A stretch of 64,000 nucleotides of DNA, from contig JASFNW010000003.1 in NCBI GenBank assembly GCA_050116835.1, positions 6,483 through 70,482 on the forward strand, read 5' to 3'. Shown here in pieces: positions 1-8,260 of this stretch. The number at the start of each line of letters is the position of its first letter. The stretch's first letter is position 1. The stretch comes from Desulfobacterales bacterium (lineage in GTDB: Bacteria; Desulfobacterota; Desulfobacteria; Desulfobacterales; JAHEIW01). Made by a program: the position numbers and the translations under genes. The notes beneath the pieces are model-generated. The model was not told the DNA's origin. It made no database searches and saw only the letters and a list, made by a program, of their open reading frames with translations.

Positions 1-183
1 GTGATAATTGCCCCGGCGAGTATCTGCGCCGAGGCAACCGGCGGCCTGCATTTCACGGGATTCCGATATAGAATGAAAGTCAAAACTATGAAATCCCGAA
101 GTTGTGCGTCCGGCAAATTAAGTGATAATGGGTATTCGGAGCGATTTCTCCTTGCGAAACCAATAAAAATGGGGTTATATTTA

Positions 184-212
184 TTGACTTTCAAAAAAAA
201 CTGCTGTAAACT
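184..212 (+). promoter_or_regulatory. sigma70-like promoter for the HU gene (TTGACT-17 nt-TAAACT)
   Basis: TTGACT lies at 184-189 and TAAACT at 207-212, separated by a 17-nt spacer. The site is about 60 nt upstream of the HU start codon. Confidence 0.5.
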
Positions 213-271
213 TTTTAAAAAAACCGCCAAGAAATATAACCAAAAACGAAATGTAAAAGAAGGAGGCAGAG

Positions 272-544
272 ATGACAAAGGCAGAATTGATTGACAAAAT
301 GGCAAAGGACGCTAAAGTTTCGAAAGTTGCCGCCGGCAAGGTTCTTGATTCTTTCATGAGCAATGTAACTAAAGCGTTGAAGAAAAAGAACGGCAAGGTC
401 ACCCTGGTGGGTTTCGGCACCTTTCAGAAAACCCGTCAGAAAGCACGCAAAGGCCGCAATCCCCAGACCGGCGCACCGATCAAAATTAAGGCCAAAAATG
501 TTGTTAAATTTAAGGCCGGCAAAAGTTTGAAGGCTGCCATCTAA
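272..544 (+). CDS. hup: HU family nucleoid-associated DNA-binding protein
   Basis: 90-aa ORF with HU/IHF hallmarks (MTKAEL..., GFGTF, RNPQTG). A GAAGGAGG SD lies 5 nt upstream and a hairpin terminator follows. Confidence 0.93.
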   Translation: MTKAELIDKMAKDAKVSKVAAGKVLDSFMSNVTKALKKKNGKVTLVGFGTFQKTRQKARKGRNPQTGAPIKIKAKNVVKFKAGKSLKAAI

Positions 545-561
545 TTTCACTTGACCTTTTT

Positions 562-610
562 AAAAAGGCAGCTTATCGGCATCCGTTGTGCCGATCGGCT
601 GCCTTTTTCA
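562..610 (+). terminator. Rho-independent terminator after hup
   Basis: GGCAGC (567-572) and GCTGCC (598-603) form a stem with inner CGGC/GCCG pairing, followed by a T-run. Confidence 0.75.
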
Positions 611-774
611 TTTTTTATCGGGCAAAATGTCCGTCTGCGAAACGCTGATTCCGAAGCCGCCCGCCGTCGAGTACAAACGTCATCATGATAAGTTAGTGCC
701 GCACGCTTGATTTCTTTTGGTCAGCCCTTAATTTTTACGGATAACGGGAGACCGCCTAATGGAGGGCAATCAGC

Positions 775-1089
775 ATGGGCACCAAACAGCCAGATTATCA
801 GGATGAAATTCTGGATGAAATCGATGAAAAAACAACCGAGCCGCCGATGTATAAGGTGCTGCTTCACAACGATGATTACACCCCGAAAGCATTCGTTGTC
901 GAAATTTTGATTGCTGTTTTTAATAAGTCCATAGACGTGGCCACAGGTCTCATGTGGCAGGTGCATCGAACCGGCGTCGGCGTATGTGGAATTTATCCTT
1001 ACGAGATGGCCGAAACCAAAATAAATCTTGTTACAAAGCTTGCGCGGGAAAACGGGTTCCCGCTGAAAGCCAGCATGGAAAAAGAGTAA
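775..1089 (+). CDS. clpS: ATP-dependent Clp protease adaptor ClpS
   Basis: 104-aa ORF with the ClpS core PPMYKVLLHNDDYTPKAFVVEIL....GVC...YEMAE. A GGAGGG SD lies upstream. Confidence 0.9.
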   Translation: MGTKQPDYQDEILDEIDEKTTEPPMYKVLLHNDDYTPKAFVVEILIAVFNKSIDVATGLMWQVHRTGVGVCGIYPYEMAETKINLVTKLARENGFPLKASMEKE

Positions 1090-1106
1090 ATCAAAAGGAA
1101 TGTATC

Positions 1107-1370
1107 ATGCAGTCATTGCAGGAAAATGATATTTTGACCAAGACGACCCGGTATAATCTGATTCGCAATGAAAGGCTCATCTACATCGACGTGCACGAAA
1201 CCAAGGCTGGGAACCTGGCAGGAAAGTTTGTGGCCGTGCCCAACCTGGTGAACATCGTCGCCAAACAGGAATTCCAGGGCACCGGTGACACAGAGGAAAT
1301 GGCACTGGAAAATTGCCTTCAAAAAATAAGGGAATTGGAAATCGAAGACCTTTTCCCCAGAGCGGTATAA
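1107..1370 (+). CDS. hypothetical small protein (87 aa)
   Basis: The internal ATG at 1107 of the 954..1370 ORF is preceded by an AAAAGGA SD and lies 18 nt after the clpS stop. No family was recognised. Confidence 0.5.
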   Translation: MQSLQENDILTKTTRYNLIRNERLIYIDVHETKAGNLAGKFVAVPNLVNIVAKQEFQGTGDTEEMALENCLQKIRELEIEDLFPRAV

Positions 1371-1456
1371 ATCGTTCGTCAACAATCAACATCCCCTTAC
1401 TTCAGCACTCCAGCCGTTCATGATTTCAATGCGAATGGGATACAGCAAGCTTGATG

Positions 1457-1909
1457 TTAGTCTGGCGATGGGTTGGCAATCTCCAAAATCTTTGTGATCT
1501 TTGGCTGGTAGGCATTTTGGGCGGCCATTTTATTCGCCCGAACTTTCATGATCCGCAGCGCAGCGAAAAAGAAGGCAAATCCCAGCAGAACAGACAGGGC
1601 CGATGGATTTACTGAGATGAGGGAAGATAGCATTTGTCCGAAGACAGCGCCGATGACCAGAAAAATAATGGGAAAAACATAGATTAAAAATGTGGCCTTC
1701 AATAAGGACCGGGTTTCAAAGCTCAAAACAATCCGATCCCCTTCTCTGGCACCGGCGATGTTTATCGCCTTGACTTCCATGTCCGGGCTGTTGCCGAGGG
1801 TATGGCACGAATTTCTTGCCGTGCATCCCTGGCAGGCGCCGCTCCGGGTTGTTTTGACCCAGGCAGTTTCAGAATCTGTCTGCAGGACGATGCCCTGTTC
1901 CGTCGCCAA
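1457..1909 (-). CDS. RseC/MucC family (SoxR-reducing system-like) membrane protein
   Basis: 150 aa with an N-terminal Cys cluster (CQGCTARNSC) followed by two TM helices, which is typical RseC architecture. The start is TTG with a GGGAG SD. Confidence 0.7.
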   Translation of the reverse strand: MATEQGIVLQTDSETAWVKTTRSGACQGCTARNSCHTLGNSPDMEVKAINIAGAREGDRIVLSFETRSLLKATFLIYVFPIIFLVIGAVFGQMLSSLISVNPSALSVLLGFAFFFAALRIMKVRANKMAAQNAYQPKITKILEIANPSPD

Positions 1910-1941
1910 TATTGACTCCCTATTTGAGTGAGTTGCTGTAT

Positions 1942-2162
1942 TTTGAAACGCTCATCGGTAAAATCTAAATTGAGCGATTGTCGAGGTTGCCGCAGCTACA
2001 CGAAAAATGCCGTTTCGCTATAGTTGACTATGCGGGACGGCATTTGACACAGTAGATGCGGTAAGATCGGCAATCCCGAAGGGTTTCAAATTAAAAATTA
2101 TGAAAAGATAAACTGCCTTGGAATTAAAAAAGTTTATCCTCATTTTTAATTTGAAACGCTCA
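1942..2162. repeat. structured intergenic element (nested hairpins bounded by a 13-nt direct repeat)
   Basis: TTTGAAACGCTCA occurs at 1942-1954 and again at 2150-2162. Internal stems are 2005-2013/2037-2045 (AAATGCCGT/ACGGCATTT), 2084-2098/2142-2156 and 2107-2114/2131-2138. A long imperfect stem pairs ~1975-2001 with ~2046-2075. Confidence 0.6.
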
Positions 2163-2164
2163 AT

Positions 2165-4267
2165 TTAGCTGGAAACTTCAGTCGACTCCTTGGTCTCATC
2201 GGTCTCGGTTGTTTTCGTGTGGACATAGCAGATCAACCCACATTGAAGACACCGATCCGCTTCTTGCTGAGCCGTACTGGCCGAGAAACCTTTTTCAATT
2301 TCACCGCATAGAGCCAGTTCTTTGCCGCTGCAAATGGGCATAATCTGACGCTGGCTGGGCTGCACATTTTCGACATGATACACATTTTGCACGGTTGATT
2401 GCGGGGTGATCACATGCTCGGTCAGGTTCGGTGATATCCCGTGCATGATCTGATGGATTGAGGCAGCCGCCCGACGACCCGCACCGATGGCCTTTATGGC
2501 AGCGCTATAATCCGCCAGCACGTCACCTTCTGCAAACAGACCGACTTCATCCTTAAGGGCGGGTTGTTTATATGGTTGGGTTCCTTCCCAGGACAAAATC
2601 ACATCCGGTGGTAAGTCCGCCGCATCGGTTCCCTGCGCTTCTTCACCCTCCGGTCTTGTCCGGGTAAAAACCAGTTCGGGAAACCGTCCGGTGGCAAATA
2701 TCAATGTCTGAGCCGCTAGACTCGTTGCTGCAGCGGTGTCGGCTTCGATATAGTCAACCTGTTTGAGCTGATCAGCTTCTCCAATTAGCCGATTAATTGC
2801 CACATTGTAAATAATGTTAAGATCGGACATGTCGCTTTCTTCCAGCTCTGCTTCTGAAATGGGACTGTTTTCCCAGCTCTCGCGGAACAAAACGGTGATG
2901 TTTGTTGCGCCCCTTTCCTTGCAAATTTTAGCGGCATCAAGCGCCAATTTACCCCCACCGGCAATCACAACATCAGGGGTAATCGATAGCGCCTCTGTCC
3001 GCTCGGCGCCAAATCGCATCAGATCAACCAGCATGTAGGTGCCGGGAATCGGTGATTCGATATCATCTGTCGCCCCGCGCGCCAGGCGGCTGTCCCATCC
3101 GCCGGCGGCCAGAAATACCGCGTCATAACCTTCCTCAAGCAATGATTGCAAAGAGAAATCACGACCCAGCACCTTTTGGGTTTCAATTTTAACGCCCATT
3201 TCAACGATGCCTTCAATATCCCAATCCAGTATCTCCTCGGGCAATCGATCCTTTGATATGGCACTTCTGAGCAGTCCTCCCAGTTTTGCGGTAGCTTCGA
3301 TTACCGTTGCATCGTGTCCCAGACGCGCCGTAAAAAACGCAACCGACAGACCTTCCACGCCGCCGCCGACAACCGCAATTTTACGGCCGGTATCCGGCGC
3401 CTTGTAAGGCAGGATGCGCTTGCCGCTTTCTTTTTCATAATCGGCGGCATAGCGCTTTAAAAAATTGATGGCCACCGGCTCATCAATATAATTTCGTCGG
3501 CATTCCAGCTCACAGGGTCGCGGACAAATTCGGCCAATTACAGCTGGGAAGGGATTGCGTTCCTTGATGACCTGAACGGCGCGGTGATTATTGCCAATTG
3601 AAATTTGATGAATGTATTCCCGGATATTAATACCGGCCGGGCACCCCCGCTGACAGGGTGTCGTGCATTCATCGGTCGTATATTCCCGGATAATCCTTCG
3701 CGTAATTGATGAAAGGTTAATAATGTGTTTGGGACACACGCGTTCGCAGGTTCCGCAGCCCGTGCATCTTTGTTCGATAACGACCGGCAAACCTTTGGGA
3801 CCCATTCGGATGGCATTAAAGGGACAGGCCCTGACACACGTTCCGAGGCCCAAACAGCCGATGGTACATACTTTCATGCCGCCGCCGAGCAATGCCACTG
3901 CCCGGCAATCATCAAGACCGTCGTACACATATTTGGTATCGGCATCCTCAACTCCAAAATAACAGCCCGGCTTGGCGATATCCGGCTCAACGGCTTCGAT
4001 CTTAACGCCCATAATCGCGGCAATGGCTTCAGCCACTTCCGCCCCGGCGGCCACACAAGAATTGGGTGCCGATGTACCGGCAACGATGGCCTCTGCGTTC
4101 GCGCTGCAACCCGGCAGCCCACAACCGCCTCAGTTGGCACCGGGCAATTCTTCTTCGATCGACAGAATCTTGGGATCAACATACACATAGAATACCTTGG
4201 ATGCGATGGCTAAAATAATGCTGATGGCCAATCCCATGCCGCCCATTAAAATGATTGCATCAACCAT
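2165..4267 (-). CDS. RnfB-like Fe-S domain / GltD(NfnB)-like FAD-NAD(P) oxidoreductase fusion with in-frame TGA (candidate Sec at codon 46)
   Basis: ATG 4267 with a GAGGTG SD opens a frame of 700 sense codons plus the stop codon. The only interruption is a TGA at 4132..4130. The N-terminus is a TM helix followed by LPGAN-TGA-GGCGLPGC (RnfB motif). This is followed by 2x[4Fe-4S] motifs, the GltD-type CPxxC...CPRPCELEC motifs and two GxGxxG dinucleotide folds. Confidence 0.75.
4095..4128 (-). promoter_or_regulatory. candidate bacterial SECIS hairpin immediately 3' of the in-frame UGA
   Basis: On the minus strand the upper stem is GCUGC/GCAGC with apical loop CGGGUU, 17-22 nt after the UGA. The lower stem is extendable with bulges. 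Folded by eye only. Confidence 0.45.
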
Positions 4268-4289
4268 TTGAACACCTCAGATCCATTTA

Positions 4290-6077
4290 TTATTCAATTG
4301 CATCAAATTTGCATTTTTCGAAGCACGTCATACATTTGATGCATTTTTCCTTATCGATAACCGCAACCGCTTTCTTTTTCCAGGTAATGGCCTCCACCGG
4401 GCAGGCTCGAAAACACATGCCGCATTTCGTACAGATTTCCGGTTGCACCTCAAATTTCAACAGCGCCACACAGCGTTTGGCCGGACATCGTTTTTTGATG
4501 ACATGAGCCTCGTATTCATCTCTAAAATATCGCAACGTCGAAAGCACCGGATTGGGTCCCGTCTGGCCCAAGCCGCATAGCGCCGCTTCCTTGATTGTAG
4601 CGGAGAGTTCCTCCAGGGTTGAAATATCTTCAGGGGCTCCGTGGCCTTCACAGATCTTTTCAAGCAGTTGCAGCAGACGCCGGGTGCCTTCACGACACGG
4701 TGTGCACTTCCCGCAGGATTCATCCTGCACGAAATCCATGAAAAAGCGCGCCATGTCGACCATGCAGGTATTTTCGTCCATCACAATCGCACCGCCCGAG
4801 CCCATGATGGCACCGACCTTGGCAATTTCTTCATAGTCTATAGGGATATCCAGATGTTGCTCGGGGACGCAACCGCCGGAAGGCCCCCCCAGCTGCACGG
4901 CTTTAAATTTTTTCTTGTTGGGAACCCCGCCGCCGATATCATAAATCATCGTTCTGAGCGTTGTGCCCATCGGCACTTCTACCAGGCCGATGTTGTTGAC
5001 ATCGCCAGAAAGCGCAAACACTTTGGTCCCCTTACTGCTTTCTGTACCAACACTGGCGTACCAGTCCCCGCCGTTGAGAATAATTTGTGAGATGTTGGCC
5101 AGGGTTTCGACATTGTTTAGAATAGTCGGTTTTTCCCATAAACCTTTTAGCGCTGGAAACGGAGGGCGGGGACGCGGCATCCCGCGTTTGCCCTCAATAG
5201 AGCGCATCAGGGCCGTCTCTTCCCCGCAAACAAACGCGCCGGCGCCCTGGTAGATGTCAATGTCGAAGTCAAAACCGGACCCCAGGATATTGCTGCCCAG
5301 CAATCCGTATTCCCGGGCCTGATCGATGGCAAGGCCCAATCTTCGGATAGCCAGCGGATATTCGGTGCGCGCATAAATGTAGCCCTGCCGGGCGTTGATT
5401 GCCCGCGCAGCAATCAGCATGCCTTCCAGCACGGCATGCGGATCGGATTCCAGTATGCTGCGATCCATAAACGCTCCCGGATCACCTTCATCTGCATTGC
5501 ACAACACGTATTTGCTGTCACCTCCGCTTTTGCTGGCAAACTCCCATTTGAGCCCGGTGGGGAACCCGGCGCCGCCGCGCCCTCTTAAACCCGATTTTTT
5601 TACCTCGGCGATGATTTCTTCCGGTTGCATTTCCTGTAAAGCCTTTGCGGCGCCGAAATACCCGTCACGGGCAATGTACTCGTCAATGACCTCCGGATCG
5701 ATGGCCCCTTTGTTGCGCATCGCCCAGAACATTTGATGCCTGAAAAAGGGGATTTCACTCATGCTGGGAATGGTTTCCTTGGAAGCCGGCTCCACATAAA
5801 ATAGCTTTTTGACCGGGCGCCCTTTGAGAAAATGTTCCTCAACCAGAAGTGGAATGTCTTTCACCTTCAGCTTCTGGTAAAAAATTCCCTCGGGCTGAAC
5901 CAGCATGACAGGCCCCACCGCACAAAAACCGTTGCAACCGGTCTCGATAATCTTAATTTCATCCGCAAGCCCCTGGCGCTCAAGCTCTTTTTGAAGTTCT
6001 TCCTGAAATATATGACTCTTATTTGCATGACAGCCTGTTCCGCCACACAACATTAACTGGGTTCTGACTTTATTCAT
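4290..6077 (-). CDS. NuoF/HydB-like NADH-binding FMN Fe-S subunit (N-terminal 2Fe-2S thioredoxin-like domain, C-terminal 2x[4Fe-4S])
   Basis: 595 aa with GLRGRGGAGFPTGLKW (FMN/NADH site), CGKCTPCREG (N3 cluster) and C-terminal CTKCGMCFRACP / CIKCMTCFEKC motifs. Confidence 0.92.
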   Translation of the reverse strand: MNKVRTQLMLCGGTGCHANKSHIFQEELQKELERQGLADEIKIIETGCNGFCAVGPVMLVQPEGIFYQKLKVKDIPLLVEEHFLKGRPVKKLFYVEPASKETIPSMSEIPFFRHQMFWAMRNKGAIDPEVIDEYIARDGYFGAAKALQEMQPEEIIAEVKKSGLRGRGGAGFPTGLKWEFASKSGGDSKYVLCNADEGDPGAFMDRSILESDPHAVLEGMLIAARAINARQGYIYARTEYPLAIRRLGLAIDQAREYGLLGSNILGSGFDFDIDIYQGAGAFVCGEETALMRSIEGKRGMPRPRPPFPALKGLWEKPTILNNVETLANISQIILNGGDWYASVGTESSKGTKVFALSGDVNNIGLVEVPMGTTLRTMIYDIGGGVPNKKKFKAVQLGGPSGGCVPEQHLDIPIDYEEIAKVGAIMGSGGAIVMDENTCMVDMARFFMDFVQDESCGKCTPCREGTRRLLQLLEKICEGHGAPEDISTLEELSATIKEAALCGLGQTGPNPVLSTLRYFRDEYEAHVIKKRCPAKRCVALLKFEVQPEICTKCGMCFRACPVEAITWKKKAVAVIDKEKCIKCMTCFEKCKFDAIE

Positions 6078-6235
6078 GCCGGACTCCCGCAGGTGCTTGT
6101 TGACTATTTAAGATTGATGTTAGCCTATTTTAGGCTTTCAGCCGAATTGAAAAGTTACAAATTGAATAGATATTTTTTAATCCAGAACTCGAAATATAAA
6201 AATGATAGAATTCCTCCAACATTCAATTATTCTTA

Positions 6236-6589
6236 TTACCACGACCCATCCAACCCCCGAAGTCCATTAACGTATAACCGGCCGCTGGCAACAAACAGTG
6301 AGTATTTGGTCAACATACAGGGCATTTCATAGAATTTTGCCAGTTCGATGACGGGCGCATCGGGTCTTTTGCCTCGAACAAACACCACCGCCGCCACGTC
6401 AGCAACTTTTGCGGTCCGCAAAACCTGCTCGGTTGTCAGACCGGTGAGCAGCAGTGCATCTTTGGCAACCGCCGACAACACATCTGCCATCAGATCAGCG
6501 CCGCCGGCTCCCACGACGTTGCGATCCAGCTGATCCTCCCCCGCTAACACATTGGCATCCAAAATATGCTGAACTTCAAAAAGTTTCAT
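6236..6589 (-). CDS. DRTGG domain protein
   Basis: 117 aa that aligns by eye with the two other DRTGG ORFs in this window (...VLAGEDQLDR.V.G....DLM.DVL...LLLTGLTT.QV.RTA...). Confidence 0.8.
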   Translation of the reverse strand: MKLFEVQHILDANVLAGEDQLDRNVVGAGGADLMADVLSAVAKDALLLTGLTTEQVLRTAKVADVAAVVFVRGKRPDAPVIELAKFYEMPCMLTKYSLFVASGRLYVNGLRGLDGSW

Positions 6590-6606
6590 CCGCTCTATGT
6601 CGCTGG

Positions 6607-7101
6607 CTACTCATACTTTTTTAAAACATCGATGACTTTATCAGCCTTGATATCACCGTAGGTATCCGCATCGACCACGAGCACCGGTGCCAGGCCGCAT
6701 GCCCCCAGACACCGGACAGCTTCCAGCGAAAAACGCCGGTCGTCGGTGGTGCCGCCTTCGCTGATATGGTATTCATTGCTGATACGGCTTATCACTTCCT
6801 TGATTCCCTTCACATAGCAGGCGGTGCCCATACAGGCCCTTATCTGGTGCCTTCCTTTGGGGGCCAAGGAAAATAATGAATAAAATGACGCGACGCCGAA
6901 AACTTCACTGCGCGACAGGTTGAGACCATCGCTGATATAATCAATCAGCTCAACCGGCAGCCACCCGACGACATCCTGACATTCACGCAAAACCCCAATA
7001 ATCGAACCCGGGATATTGCAGTTGGCGGCGATGATTTTATCAATTTTAAGCCACATTTCATCTGATATATCGGGATGTCCGGGACGGGTGTCAGGTGCCA
7101 T
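6607..7101 (-). CDS. NuoE/HydC-like thioredoxin-like [2Fe-2S] subunit
   Basis: 164 aa with the CMGTACYVKG ... CLGACGLAPV Cys pattern. A GAGGGAG SD lies upstream. Confidence 0.9.
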   Translation of the reverse strand: MAPDTRPGHPDISDEMWLKIDKIIAANCNIPGSIIGVLRECQDVVGWLPVELIDYISDGLNLSRSEVFGVASFYSLFSLAPKGRHQIRACMGTACYVKGIKEVISRISNEYHISEGGTTDDRRFSLEAVRCLGACGLAPVLVVDADTYGDIKADKVIDVLKKYE

Positions 7102-7334
7102 GTTCAGATCTCCCTCGTTTGCTCGTGTTTAAAACAGGACCGATTGAGGCGAATCGTTAACAATCATACTGGTTGGTCACCCATTACGCATACAACCGGG
7201 GCAGGATCAAGTGATCACCTGAATCTTGCATGCGTCGTTTTGGGCAATATTCAGGGATTAAGGGAGTTTGTATGTCACAATGTCATAAAAAAGTCAATGA
7301 GAACATAATGATTTTGGCCTCCGTGTCTGTTGGC

Positions 7335-7363
7335 TTGACGGCGCCACTGTGCTGAACTAAAAT
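7335..7363 (+). promoter_or_regulatory. sigma70-like promoter (TTGACG-17 nt-TAAAAT)
   Basis: TTGACG lies at 7335-7340 and TAAAAT at 7358-7363, upstream of the nucleoside phosphorylase gene. Confidence 0.5.
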
Positions 7364-7420
7364 AGTGTCTTTCTTAATCTTACCATCAAAGATTCACGTA
7401 CTGAAACCGTGAGGAAAACA

Positions 7421-8260
7421 ATGCACAATCTATCGCAGCGCCTGGCAGAGACGACCGCGTTTATCAAAAGCAAAACCGATGTCGTGCCGCATATCGGTTA
7501 CTTAACCGGCACCGGTCTGGGTGAAAGCGCCGAATCCATGACGATCGACACGGCCATCGAGTATCGAAACATCCCCCATTTTCCAATCTCAACGGTTCAA
7601 ACACATAAAGGCCGTTTGCTCACCGGTTGGCTGAGCGATTGCCCACTCATCGTCATGCAAGGCCGCTTTCATCTCTACGAGGGCTATCGTCCCACAGAGG
7701 TCGCCTACCCGGTTCGGTCGATGCAACAACTGGGCGTTAAGATTCTCATCCTTTCAAATGCCGCCGGCGGATTGAATCCCTCTTTTCGCCCCGGCGATAT
7801 CATGCTGATCAGCGACCATATCAACCTCACCCTCACAAACCCGCTCATCGGCCCCAATGATGAGCGCCTGGGCGTTCGTTTTCCGGATATGTCCAGCGCT
7901 TATAATCCGGAACTCATTTCCGCTGCCGAAGACGCCGCCCGGGCCGCCGGATTACAATTACAAAAAGGAGTTTATGTCGGCCTCAAAGGACCTGCACTCG
8001 AAACGCCGGCCGAAGTCGCATTTCTACAAACCATCGGAGCGGAAGCTGTGGGCTTCTCAACGGTACAGGAGGTTATCGCAGCCGTTCATGGTGGCCTGCG
8101 GGTAATGGGGATGTCCATCATTACCAATGTTCATAATCCCGCCGATCCGGTTCCGGCCGGCGTTGAAGAGATCATTGCCGTGGCCCAAAAGGCTGCGCCT
8201 TCACTGGAAACTATTCTTAAAGGAGTTGCCGGGAAAATCTATGAAACCGAAATCGACTGA
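7421..8260 (+). CDS. purine nucleoside phosphorylase (trimeric PNP/MTAP family)
   Basis: Contains HFP.STV..H.G, GRFH.YEG and SNAAGGLNP motifs. ATG 7421 with a GAGGAA SD is preferred over GTG 7409. Confidence 0.85.
   Translation: MHNLSQRLAETTAFIKSKTDVVPHIGYLTGTGLGESAESMTIDTAIEYRNIPHFPISTVQTHKGRLLTGWLSDCPLIVMQGRFHLYEGYRPTEVAYPVRSMQQLGVKILILSNAAGGLNPSFRPGDIMLISDHINLTLTNPLIGPNDERLGVRFPDMSSAYNPELISAAEDAARAAGLQLQKGVYVGLKGPALETPAEVAFLQTIGAEAVGFSTVQEVIAAVHGGLRVMGMSIITNVHNPADPVPAGVEEIIAVAQKAAPSLETILKGVAGKIYETEID

Noticed and set aside
1-294. 97-aa + strand ORF at the window edge that overlaps the start of the HU gene.
   Set aside because: It runs through the HU promoter and SD, has a low-complexity basic tail and shows no family signal. 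If real, only its first ~100 nt could be the 3' end of an upstream gene, and that cannot be judged from the window.
954-1106. N-terminal extension of ORF 954..1370 that overlaps clpS.
   Set aside because: It overlaps the clpS coding region out of frame and is Arg-rich low-complexity sequence. The internal ATG 1107 has an SD.
2165-4054. The gene model from the ORF track, starting at GTG 4054, for the GltD-like protein.
   Set aside because: This start has no SD. The 75 nt upstream, up to the TGA, encode the conserved RnfB Fe-S motif in frame. A further 45 codons with a TM helix, an SD and an ATG lie beyond the TGA. The longer TGA-containing model 2165..4267 is preferred.
8127-8240. N-terminal extensions in the ORF track: 8127 for mtaD, 10952 for ade, 13219 for the kinase-like gene, 17587 for mtnA, 43965 for the SBP, 58004 for the CrtI-like gene, 43804 for pfp, 53344 for acyP, 62851 for corA and 30407 for thiolase.
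   Set aside because: Each extension overlaps the preceding gene or repeat DNA and encodes basic or low-complexity sequence. In every case an internal start with a good SD matches the expected family N-terminus.
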